IMG/VR virus record: IMGVR_UViG_2770939586_000001
Strand: one strand, 5' to 3'
Source of the DNA: a virus
Taxonomy: Duplodnaviria; Caudoviricetes
Length of the DNA stretch: 64,000 bases
In this document: in pieces, positions 28,851 through 37,389 of the stretch
How positions within the stretch are numbered: position 1 is the stretch's first letter
Layout: every line of letters begins with the position of its first letter
Notes under the pieces: model-generated
What the model was told of the DNA's origin: nothing
What the model saw: only the letters and a program-made list of their open reading frames with translations
Database searches by the model: none
Made by a program: the position numbers and the translations under genes

Positions 28851-29783
28851 ATGAGTAAGACCGTTGAAGAAGTAGGGCGCATGAGTTTTACGGGTAATAT
28901 TATCCCGGCTAATTGGCTGAAAACATTACGTCACGATAGCGGAAAGCCAAATATGGTTGCGATCATGGTTCTGTCCGAAATCGTGTACTGGTATCGACCG
29001 ATGGAAATTCGAGACGAATCAACCGGAGAATTGCAGAAGCCTCAGAAGAAGTTCAAAGCCGACAAGTTGCAACGCAGCTATCAAAGTTTCGCTGACCAAT
29101 TTGGCTTTTCCAAACGACAGGTTAAAGAGTCAATGGATTTTTTAGAGAAGACAGGAGTCATTACACGCGAGTTTCGTACTATCACAGAAGCCGGAACCGT
29201 GCTGAACAATGTTCTGTACATCGACATAAACGTAGAAATGTTAAAAGCTGTAACGTACCAAACGGAGGAGTCTCCTTCACCAGAATGTACCACCCTCCCA
29301 CATTCTAACGTACCACCCTCCCACGTTTCGCTGTCACCCTCTCCTACGTTTGAACGGGGGACAAATACAGAGATTACTACAGAGACTACTACAAAGAGTA
29401 AAAGAGAAGAAGAGGAGGACGATCCGTTCCGGTTCTACCAGGAAAACATCATGTTGAACATCAAGCCATTTGTTGCTGAGGAAATCAGCTACTGGATTGA
29501 TAGCGGTAAGTTTGATAAGCCGAACACAGTGATTGTCGAAGCCATGAAGATAGCGGTACGGAAGGAAGCAGTCAAGAACAAATGGGACTATGCCAACAAA
29601 CTGCTGATGGATTGGAGTGACAAAGGGTTGCGAACGATTGAAGTAATTCGCAATGAGATCCAAGATATGAGCAAAACGTACAGCTCACGTAAAAAGGCAA
29701 GTAAGCAGGCATCCACGTTTGATGCAATAGAGAGTATGAAGCAGCGAATAAAAAACGGGGAGTTCGATAAGGATGACGCTTGA
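28851..29783 (+). CDS. Replication initiator (wHTH plus DnaD-like domain)
   Basis: FTGNIIP..W, LSEIVYWYRP, LQRSY; C-terminal WDYANKLLMDWSDKGLRTIE. Confidence 0.8.
   Translation: MSKTVEEVGRMSFTGNIIPANWLKTLRHDSGKPNMVAIMVLSEIVYWYRPMEIRDESTGELQKPQKKFKADKLQRSYQSFADQFGFSKRQVKESMDFLEKTGVITREFRTITEAGTVLNNVLYIDINVEMLKAVTYQTEESPSPECTTLPHSNVPPSHVSLSPSPTFERGTNTEITTETTTKSKREEEEDDPFRFYQENIMLNIKPFVAEEISYWIDSGKFDKPNTVIVEAMKIAVRKEAVKNKWDYANKLLMDWSDKGLRTIEVIRNEIQDMSKTYSSRKKASKQASTFDAIESMKQRIKNGEFDKDDA
29287..29400 (+). repeat. Iteron-like repeats, probable replication origin
   Basis: GTACCACCCTCCCAC at 29287 and 29310, a degenerate copy at 29333 (23-bp period), then 12-bp ACAGAGA(T/C)TACT repeats, all within the initiator gene. 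Confidence 0.65.
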
Positions 29784-30027
29784 ACAGACGGTCGATGTTC
29801 TCGAAAAAATAGCGGCTGCCTATCATAGCTTTGAAGTCACAGAAAAACGTATTATCCTGTGGCATGAATTTCTTGAACCGCACGATATGGAGTTGGTAAA
29901 CAAAAACCTACGCCGACATATCGAGTCAAAGCCGTTCCCTCCAGCCATATCAGACCTGGTAAAGCCTGATGAAGATTATGAGCGTGAGTATGTACCGTTA
30001 GGAGAGATAGACTTGTTGGGAGAGTGA
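29773..30027 (+). CDS. Helicase loader/inhibitor (SPP1 G39P-like)
   Basis: IAAAY...WHEFL...NLRRHI...FPPAISDL. Confidence 0.75.
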   Translation: MTLEQTVDVLEKIAAAYHSFEVTEKRIILWHEFLEPHDMELVNKNLRRHIESKPFPPAISDLVKPDEDYEREYVPLGEIDLLGE

Positions 30028-30033
30028 TGAATC

Positions 30034-31407
30034 TTGAGCATCAAGGATTACAAGACACCTACGGACCAACAAGCGGAAATAGCTGTACTCAGCGCCATGT
30101 TGAACAGTGAACAATGTCTGGATGATGCATTATCGAGCATAGACGAGAACTATTTCTACTATGACGAGACGAAAAAAGCGTTCAAGGTGATCGTATCCCT
30201 CTCTACTGACACGCAGCCGAATGTGCAGAGCGTGTTAAAGCGTATGGAGACGCAGAGAGAGAAAACGTTAATCAAACGAGCTGATATGTCATTCAAGGGT
30301 GTAGAAGCGTTTAGTGCCGCCTTAAAAGACCTTGCAGACACATACCTAAAGCGAGAACAGTACTATACGGCTATGAAGATTTTGGGGATGACGCAGGATA
30401 CTAACTCTCACCCAGAAGAAATCCTGTCGGTCATGGATGCTGGGATGAGTAAGGTATTTTCGAGTGATGCAAAGGACGAGATTATCGAGCCGGAGGTATA
30501 TGCAACGGAAGCACTGGAACATTTTCGAGAAGTGTGCCAAGCGCCGGAGGAAGCATACGGAATACGGTTATCTATTGAGTTGCCAAATGGTCAAGTAATC
30601 GGGTTCCCGGGCATTGATGAAACGATACTAGGCTTACATGGTGGAGACTTAATCTTCATAGCAGCCCAGACCGGCAAAGGGAAAACAGCGGTTGCTCAGA
30701 ATATTGCACGTATCGTATCCATCCACCAAAAGTACAGGACGTACTATGAGAATACCGAGATGCGAAAACTGGAGATGGCAGCGCGGCTAGCTGCTCAACT
30801 TTCGCAGGTGCCGGCGAAGGAGATTATGTCCGGCAGGCTTACGGGAACAGCGCAGGAGATTCAGGCAAAGAAGCAAAAGGTTGAGAAGGCGTACCAAAAA
30901 ATACGAGATTCGCAGCTGTATTTATCCCGTTTGCCGAATCTTACCGTGGCAAAATCGAGGGGGCTGGCAAAGAAATTCCGTAACAAGTACGGCAGTCTGG
31001 ATATGCTTGTGATCGACTATGTAGGGCGTATGAACCTAGATACGCCAGAGTTCAGCAAATTACAGGACTATCAAAAGCTTATTCGGGTAGCGAAGAAAAG
31101 CAAGGAATTGGCGATGGAGTTAAACGCACCCGTCGTTCTCTTGGGACAGTTGAATGATGATGAACAGATTGAGGGTGCAAAGGCGATGGCCAACGAATGT
31201 GATGCCGTATATTTCTTCAAACCACTCAATAGCAAAGATGAGGACCTGTTGCGGAAGTCGTTTCGTGATGAGGAGAAGGCAAAGCGAGTGACGCATAAGA
31301 TCGAGAAACGGAAGGTCCGTAGAGACGACAGTGATATTCCGATATGGTGTCATTTTGATAAGAAGCGGCAGTTTATTACGGAAGTTGTGCCGGAGATAAG
31401 GGGATGA
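30034..31407 (+). CDS. DnaB-like replicative helicase
   Basis: AEIAVLSAML N-domain, AAQTGKGKT, TEM, VIDYV, GQLN. Confidence 0.88.
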   Translation: MSIKDYKTPTDQQAEIAVLSAMLNSEQCLDDALSSIDENYFYYDETKKAFKVIVSLSTDTQPNVQSVLKRMETQREKTLIKRADMSFKGVEAFSAALKDLADTYLKREQYYTAMKILGMTQDTNSHPEEILSVMDAGMSKVFSSDAKDEIIEPEVYATEALEHFREVCQAPEEAYGIRLSIELPNGQVIGFPGIDETILGLHGGDLIFIAAQTGKGKTAVAQNIARIVSIHQKYRTYYENTEMRKLEMAARLAAQLSQVPAKEIMSGRLTGTAQEIQAKKQKVEKAYQKIRDSQLYLSRLPNLTVAKSRGLAKKFRNKYGSLDMLVIDYVGRMNLDTPEFSKLQDYQKLIRVAKKSKELAMELNAPVVLLGQLNDDEQIEGAKAMANECDAVYFFKPLNSKDEDLLRKSFRDEEKAKRVTHKIEKRKVRRDDSDIPIWCHFDKKRQFITEVVPEIRG

Positions 31408-31414
31408 GATTGAA

Positions 31415-31747
31415 ATGCGAATTGACGAAATCGAGGAAGGGATAATGTATCACAACGGAAAAGGACTGATGAGAATAGTAATTCAAGCTCCGAAGCCAGG
31501 AGAAGCCGGAAATGTCACATACAGAAAGTATGGTTCAGATAAGCTGCAGAGCTGCTGGATCACAACATTTGCAGATTGGGCGAAAGGTACTGTGCAGGAA
31601 AGAGAATTGTCATTTTCACTGAAATGCTCATGTGGAATTGAGATGGATGGATTTTTTGGAAAAGTAGGCTCTGAAGAAACGTTGCACTGCGATTGCGGAA
31701 ACGTATGGAAGATTCAGCGACCGACAAACAAGCGAGTAGGTGTGTGA
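31415..31747 (+). CDS. Hypothetical protein with zinc ribbon
   Basis: CSCG...CDCG. Confidence 0.55.
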   Translation: MRIDEIEEGIMYHNGKGLMRIVIQAPKPGEAGNVTYRKYGSDKLQSCWITTFADWAKGTVQERELSFSLKCSCGIEMDGFFGKVGSEETLHCDCGNVWKIQRPTNKRVGV

Positions 31748-32153
31748 TATGGAAAAATCGTGTGATTATTGCGGTAATAGCATGCATGTGCATTTACGAA
31801 AAATCGTTTACATGAATTGCATGGAGGTTGAGCATGTTCCAGTTTATCGGTGTTCGGGTTGCGATCACAATGAGCTTATGGATCAGGTAAAAGATGAGTT
31901 AAAGCGGCTTTTGATTCACTTGCAGCCGGAGAAAGGAACTGTGTCGTTTGCTGATTATTCTTCGTTTACACGTATGCTTTTGTCTAAATGCAATCAGGAA
32001 GCCGAGTTAGGTGTAGATGACTGGTTAGACATGTATCTGCTTGTTCTTTCGTTGAATGATGTTGAGTGGTTGAATGAAATAAAAATTAAGCTACAAAGAT
32101 ACAGCGCAAGTTTGGTGGTGAAACCATCTTATATCCAGAATACAAGTGGGTAG
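31740..32153 (+). CDS. YgiT-type zinc-finger protein
   Basis: CDYCG...VEHVPVYRCSGC; DDWLDMY. Confidence 0.65.
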   Translation: MCDMEKSCDYCGNSMHVHLRKIVYMNCMEVEHVPVYRCSGCDHNELMDQVKDELKRLLIHLQPEKGTVSFADYSSFTRMLLSKCNQEAELGVDDWLDMYLLVLSLNDVEWLNEIKIKLQRYSASLVVKPSYIQNTSG

Positions 32154-32173
32154 ATGTAGCGGTCAACGGAGCG

Positions 32174-33190
32174 ATGAACCGTAATCGACTATGCGATATA
32201 ACGAAACTTGGAGATCCAACCGGATACCGCGATGCATACATGACATACTTTCGCTACCCAGATGAAATGGCAGTATACTTCCAGAACAATCAGCGAGAGT
32301 CGAAGGGTGGACATTGGTATCCGAGCGTCATGGGCTACAAAGGACCTGCTTACACCGATTGGATACCAATTGATATAGACGCAACAACAATCGAGGAAGC
32401 GCAGGACGGTGCTGTTCAAGCGATTGAAATACTGGAGATGTATGGGATTGACACAAACGCTTGTCGATTCTACTTTTCTGGGGCGAAAGGGTTCCATATT
32501 ATGATCCCGGCTACGATGGCAGGGTTGAGGTCGGGTGATGACATTCACAAGCGATTGCTGTATCTGGTTACGAACCTGATGAGTGGTCGAGTTGATATTG
32601 ACATGAAAATTTATGACAAGGTGCGGATATTCCGTTTGCCCAACACGATTAACGGAAAGTCCAGTCTGTATAAAGTAGAGTTGTATGAGTTTGAGTTACG
32701 GAATATGAGTGTAGAACAAATTCGGGAGATGGCAAAAAATCCGCGTGAGGAACTGGATGTTGAAGAAGAGTACGAGCTGAATGAGTACCTGCATGAACTG
32801 AATCAGGCATATGAGCAGCTGCAGAAAGATGGGGCACAGCCATACGCAGGAGTGAATGGTGATAAAGCTACTATTCGTGTAAAGCTGTGCATGCATTCCA
32901 TCATGCAGGGGATTCCAGAAGGAAGCAGGGATAATGCGGGGCTACGTGTGGTTACACACCTGAAGCATGCTGGACTCAATCCTAAGATGGTATGGGTTGC
33001 TTTCGATGAGTGGAACAACGGTAATAATCCACCGTTGGATACAGATGACATGGAGCGCATTTATCGGCAGGGGATGGAGCGGGAATATGACTTCGGTTGC
33101 CGGGATGCGGTTTTGCAGGAGCACTGTGATAAGCGGTGCAAGCTGTGGAAAGAAGAGTATACAATCAATAATGTGAGTAGGAGATGGTAG
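32174..33190 (+). CDS. AEP-family primase-polymerase with PriCT-like domain
   Basis: IDID, FSGAKGFH, RIFRLPNTINGK, EGSRDNA...WN..NNPPL. True start is probably upstream (~32126). Confidence 0.85.
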   Translation: MNRNRLCDITKLGDPTGYRDAYMTYFRYPDEMAVYFQNNQRESKGGHWYPSVMGYKGPAYTDWIPIDIDATTIEEAQDGAVQAIEILEMYGIDTNACRFYFSGAKGFHIMIPATMAGLRSGDDIHKRLLYLVTNLMSGRVDIDMKIYDKVRIFRLPNTINGKSSLYKVELYEFELRNMSVEQIREMAKNPREELDVEEEYELNEYLHELNQAYEQLQKDGAQPYAGVNGDKATIRVKLCMHSIMQGIPEGSRDNAGLRVVTHLKHAGLNPKMVWVAFDEWNNGNNPPLDTDDMERIYRQGMEREYDFGCRDAVLQEHCDKRCKLWKEEYTINNVSRRW

Positions 33191-33462
33191 TAATGGTAGA
33201 TGAGAAGAAACCAAGAATACATGAACTGAAAACTGAGCCACAGTACTTTCAGGCTGTGCTCGATGGTCACAAGCGATTCGAGATCAGGAAGAATGATCGG
33301 GATTTTAAAGTGGGCGACACACTTGTTTTGAAAGAGTACAACGCCGACGTACACGCTTTTACAGGTCGGAAGGTGGAAGTGACAGTCACATACATGACGG
33401 ACTATGCACAACAGCAGGGGTATCTGGTGCTAGGAATCGGGGGGAAAGTAGAAATTGCATGA
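33184..33462 (+). CDS. ASCH/DUF3850 protein
   Basis: IHELKTEPQYFQAVLDGHKRFEIRKNDRDFKVGDTLVLKE. Confidence 0.9.
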   Translation: MVVMVDEKKPRIHELKTEPQYFQAVLDGHKRFEIRKNDRDFKVGDTLVLKEYNADVHAFTGRKVEVTVTYMTDYAQQQGYLVLGIGGKVEIA

Positions 33463-33683
33463 GTGACTTCGGAGACATGCTGATGGATGCTGTACCGCCA
33501 CAGGAGGAAACGTTACCCGAACCGATTGACACATGTACACCTGAGTACAAGGCGACGCTTGAGCGTGTTGTGAAAGGTGCAGAGTTTATTGCTTCACTGC
33601 CTACTGGAGATGCGCGGTACAAGCCTGCGATGGTGAAATATGACAAGCTATGCGAGGAAGCGAGGAGGTTGAGAGATACGTGA
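33459..33683 (+). CDS. Hypothetical protein
   Basis: Coupled ORF; ERVVKGAEFI motif. Confidence 0.55.
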   Translation: MSDFGDMLMDAVPPQEETLPEPIDTCTPEYKATLERVVKGAEFIASLPTGDARYKPAMVKYDKLCEEARRLRDT

Positions 33684-34090
33684 CAAAGAAGGAGAAGCGA
33701 GCGTTACGCTTGCAGATATGCCGGATGCTGGACACAGAATGTGCAAAGTGCAAAAAGGTAGATCAGGCACTGGATGGAAAGAAAAATAGTGAACGGGACA
33801 GTGCAAAAAACCAGTTTCAGAACTATTGTATTACAGAGTGCTCAACTGGAGAAAGACTCCGATCTATCGCTTCAGAATTAACTGGGGAAAAAATAAAACC
33901 ACCAAAGAAAAAGTCATTTCTTGCTGCAACAAGACAGCGTGAAGAGTTAACACCACAAAGCTATGTAGCTGACAAAGAGAAGGGCATGAAAGATTGGCAG
34001 ATTGCTATGCAGTACGACATTAGCACGTCACGCTTTGGCAAGATCAAGAAATGTTGGCGCGAGCAAGGACTGCTGGAGGTAGGAGTATGA
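33680..34090 (+). CDS. Zinc-finger plus HTH phage protein
   Basis: CAKC...C...C..G..LR; C-terminal HTH; RBS GAGGAGG. Confidence 0.6.
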   Translation: MTKKEKRALRLQICRMLDTECAKCKKVDQALDGKKNSERDSAKNQFQNYCITECSTGERLRSIASELTGEKIKPPKKKSFLAATRQREELTPQSYVADKEKGMKDWQIAMQYDISTSRFGKIKKCWREQGLLEVGV

Positions 34091-34605
34091 GTCATGCGAA
34101 CCGAGGTATGGCCTTCGAAAAACTACTCGACTACACCAATAAGATGTATGAAAACGCAGGAATGGCACTGATTAATAAGCGACCAACACCAGTGAAAATT
34201 ATGGGCCAGAATAGTCGCGGTATGATACATGGTTATCTGGAGAAGCCATCAACCGTTGATTATGATGGCGTGTGCAAAGGCAGAGCTATCGTATTTGAGG
34301 CGAAAAGCACGAAGGAGTTAACGCGCTTTCCGCTGGGTAATATCCATGAGCACCAGGTCGAATATATGAGGAAGTGTCATAAGTGCGGTGCAATTGCTTT
34401 TCTGTTAGTAGAGTTTGCTGCGCATCAAACGGTATATCTACTTCCGTACACACTATTGGCGCAGTATTGGGAAAAGGCGAAGAATGGCAAGCGGGGAACA
34501 AAGAGTATTCCGTTACAGGAGATGGATGTGTACGCTTATCAGGTGAATAAAGGGCGTGTGCCAGTAGATTATCTGACGGTTGTGGAGAAAGTTTGGAGCA
34601 TGTAG
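34087..34605 (+). CDS. recU: Holliday junction resolvase RecU
   Basis: ANRGMAFE, KRPTP, STVDYDG, FEAKST, IHEHQ. Confidence 0.92.
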   Translation: MSHANRGMAFEKLLDYTNKMYENAGMALINKRPTPVKIMGQNSRGMIHGYLEKPSTVDYDGVCKGRAIVFEAKSTKELTRFPLGNIHEHQVEYMRKCHKCGAIAFLLVEFAAHQTVYLLPYTLLAQYWEKAKNGKRGTKSIPLQEMDVYAYQVNKGRVPVDYLTVVEKVWSM

Positions 34606-34624
34606 AAAATTTTTTCGAGTTTGG

Positions 34625-34662
34625 CTGAAAAAATACAAGGATAGCCCGTATAGGGTATGTGA
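34625..34662 (+). promoter_or_regulatory. Phage promoter motif, copy 3
   Basis: CTGAAA-N16-CGTATAGGGTATGTGA. Confidence 0.8.
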
Positions 34663-34703
34663 GGGTAAAAACGATACAAACCTCAGAACAGGAGATGACA
34701 TGC

Positions 34704-35219
34704 ATGAGTGATGTGTATTTTGAAGAAGCACCGGAAGTACAGGAGATTTCTGGGCGCTTGATTGACCAGCACCATCCACATATGCAGGATGCAAAGGAAG
34801 TGATCGGCTACCGTTTTCGCTGCGGTCAGAGCGATTGGGCAGGTAAAGCAAAGAAATTGACGGCTTTTGAACGGTTTGAGACTGGTTTTATGCTCATGGT
34901 ATTCATAAACAAAGAAGCATGGACAGCACTAAGTGAAGCCCAGCAAGTTGCTTTAGTTGACCATGAACTTTGTCACTTCTCGCGTAAAAGTGAACGGATA
35001 TATGACAAGGAGAAAGAGGAGTGGGTAGACAAGTGGCTGCCGAAAGAAGATCCGTCTAACTGGGTGATTCGGGAACACGATGTGGAGGAATTCAGCGATA
35101 TAATTAAGCGGCATGGTCTCTGGGAGACGGGGATCGAGAAGTTTGCGTCTGTGGTTCGTAATGCTGAGCATCAAATGGATTTGGATGATATAGAACGAAA
35201 TTTACGTGTTATTAAATAA
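34704..35219 (+). CDS. Putative phage metallopeptidase
   Basis: ALVDHELCH and HDVEEF..II.RHG.W. Confidence 0.8.
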   Translation: MSDVYFEEAPEVQEISGRLIDQHHPHMQDAKEVIGYRFRCGQSDWAGKAKKLTAFERFETGFMLMVFINKEAWTALSEAQQVALVDHELCHFSRKSERIYDKEKEEWVDKWLPKEDPSNWVIREHDVEEFSDIIKRHGLWETGIEKFASVVRNAEHQMDLDDIERNLRVIK

Positions 35220-35344
35220 TGTGTACAAGCCTGCTAGCGGTATAAATGTTAGCAGGCTTGTACTGCGATACGCAGCAAGAGACACCCAAAGAACCTGCTT
35301 TGTTAACACAAAAATATTAAATTGTAAGGCAGGGAGGATATAGG

Positions 35345-35788
35345 ATGAGTCAGTCGTTCTTACCGGAAATTGATAGAAAAGCCACGAAAAAAAGAGTGGA
35401 AGAAGTGTTGGAGACAGTACGTATCTATAGGCGAGTTGGATTTGTGCGCCGGGAAATAAATAATGTATCGAATTATGAGTCTCAGTTCAGCAGTAAAACC
35501 AATAAGATAGATAAACCTGTAGAAAATTGTGCGATCTGGAATGTGGAGCATGAAGGTAAAATTGTCGAGTTGTCTAACCGTATCGAGTTTGCTGTAAATA
35601 AATTACCACAAAGACAAAAAGAGATTATAGAAAAGCGATACCTGGGTGAAGAAAGCAATTTTGACTATCTGGTTGCTAATGAAGTTAGGCTGAGTGAGCG
35701 TACATACAGACGTGAGAAATCACGTGCGATTTATATATTAGCGTTAATGCTAAAGTTAGAGGTTCTAGAAAATGCAGGCGATAAATAG
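35345..35788 (+). CDS. ArpU-family late transcriptional activator
   Basis: FLPEIDRKATKKRVEEVLE; AVNKLP...IIEKRYL...SERTYRREKSRA. Confidence 0.88.
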   Translation: MSQSFLPEIDRKATKKRVEEVLETVRIYRRVGFVRREINNVSNYESQFSSKTNKIDKPVENCAIWNVEHEGKIVELSNRIEFAVNKLPQRQKEIIEKRYLGEESNFDYLVANEVRLSERTYRREKSRAIYILALMLKLEVLENAGDK

Positions 35789-35797
35789 ATAGTGCAG

Positions 35798-35866
35798 CAT
35801 GACCGGATGTTGACCGAAACATGACCGGATTTTGGCACGCTATTCATGATTTAGCGTGTTAAGATG
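35798..35866 (+). promoter_or_regulatory. ArpU/RinA-type activator site and extended -10
   Basis: TGACCG at 35800, 35811 and 35822, TGGCAC at 35833 (11-bp phasing), then TGtTAAGAT. Confidence 0.7.
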
Positions 35867-35889
35867 ATATTGTCAGAAGAAAAGCAGAG

Positions 35890-35920
35890 AAGCCGTTCCT
35901 AAAAGGGAGCGGCTTTTTTT
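35890..35920 (+). terminator. Intrinsic terminator in the leader of the late cassette
   Basis: AAGCCGTTCC/GGAGCGGCTT stem plus T-run. Confidence 0.7.
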
Positions 35921-36001
35921 GCTGGAAAGGGGATGCGCTACATGTAGTGGGAGATCTGACTTTATCCCAAAACATTAACTTTAAAAAGAGGAGTGAAAAG
36001 C

Positions 36002-36697
36002 ATGTGCAAATGCAATTCAAGAGTCAATGTCATTATTAATGAATGTTGCGATTGTGGTTCACCAGGTACAGGAAGTGATCCGTCCCATAACCACGATGAT
36101 CGCTACTACACAAAAGGAGAAACGGATACTCTACTTGCTGAAAAAGCACCGTTACATCACACGCATACAGCATCAGAAATCCAAGACTTCGTACCGGCCG
36201 TTGAACAGATTGTAAATACGTTGCCACAAAAAGGCGCAAATGTTCAAGTAAACGGCGTTCCGGTTATTCCCCCAACGGTAAACTTCAAAAACGGTGACGG
36301 CATCGTTCTGAACGTAGAAGAACGGGGTAACGTAGCTGATATTACAGTATCATCTGACATCGAAACTACTCAGCTTACCAAACTTGGTCAGCGTGCCGGG
36401 GATACATTCATCCATCCAATCACTAAGCCAAGCGCATTACTGGATTACAGCCCGATTGAAGTACTTAAATTCGCACTGACTCAGCAGGGTGCTCAGTTGT
36501 ACGCAATGGGTTTCAACAACACGGATGCTGATCAATTCAATTTTGATCCTCTCTATACGCAATTTACAGGTGTAATGAAGCCGGTGAATCAGAAAGATTA
36601 CCTGATGGAAAAGACTACATGGTCAGAATCAGGAGTGTTGTTCCAGGTCGATATTGATTCTAATGTCGCTAAATTAGAAAGCGTATTAAGCGCGTAA
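36002..36697 (+). CDS. Fibre-like protein with Cys-rich N-terminus
   Basis: MCKCN...CCDC; HNHDDRYYTK and HHTHTASEIQDF fibre motifs. Confidence 0.6.
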   Translation: MCKCNSRVNVIINECCDCGSPGTGSDPSHNHDDRYYTKGETDTLLAEKAPLHHTHTASEIQDFVPAVEQIVNTLPQKGANVQVNGVPVIPPTVNFKNGDGIVLNVEERGNVADITVSSDIETTQLTKLGQRAGDTFIHPITKPSALLDYSPIEVLKFALTQQGAQLYAMGFNNTDADQFNFDPLYTQFTGVMKPVNQKDYLMEKTTWSESGVLFQVDIDSNVAKLESVLSA

Positions 36698-36711
36698 AGG
36701 GGGAATAACAT

Positions 36712-37386
36712 ATGCCAATGCCAAATACAAGTGGTCAACTACGTAGTAAAATCCAAGATATGCAAATAGGCGACTATATCAAAACATACTGGACAGTAGG
36801 TAGTTGGGATGTCGAGTATTTAAAAACAACAGGAATATATACTGAATATCCCGTAACAGGTGTTCCTTGGGCATCCAATGGATTTTTTTATTTCATAAAA
36901 GCAGATAAAGGATTATTGATCTCCGACAGAGTCATTTTCCATACTAAATCATGGGACTTTTTAAATGGTGAAAAAGTAGTCCAAGGAAGACACTTGGTGA
37001 AATCATTTGATGGAATTCAAGGTATTATACGCTCTCTCGGTGGAGGAAATGCCTACACAGATGCAAACGGAAATATGAGTCTTACTGATAAAGGATTAGG
37101 AGCATGGCCAACAAACAATGAATGGGATGAATACATTGTCCGTAAAGATTATGGAACAGGAGCCGGACGAGATGACGTATGGCATTGGAATAATGTAGCT
37201 ACATGGTGCCAAGAAACGCCTGTAAATGGATTTGTTCCTTACAATGGATCATCAGCGCAAAATCCAGCTAATAACGTACGAGTTGGTAGAGGACAAGGGG
37301 GTCTAAAACATGTACTGACTCGGCTATCAGGCGATAGTTTAAATCTATATGGATTCCGTCCAGTATTTGAATATAAGGAGGTTTAA
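36712..37386 (+). CDS. C-type-lectin-fold-like adhesin
   Basis: LISDR...SWD.LN...GG...NEWD...WHW...RVGRG...GFRPVFE. Confidence 0.55.
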   Translation: MPMPNTSGQLRSKIQDMQIGDYIKTYWTVGSWDVEYLKTTGIYTEYPVTGVPWASNGFFYFIKADKGLLISDRVIFHTKSWDFLNGEKVVQGRHLVKSFDGIQGIIRSLGGGNAYTDANGNMSLTDKGLGAWPTNNEWDEYIVRKDYGTGAGRDDVWHWNNVATWCQETPVNGFVPYNGSSAQNPANNVRVGRGQGGLKHVLTRLSGDSLNLYGFRPVFEYKEV

Positions 37387-37389
37387 TAG

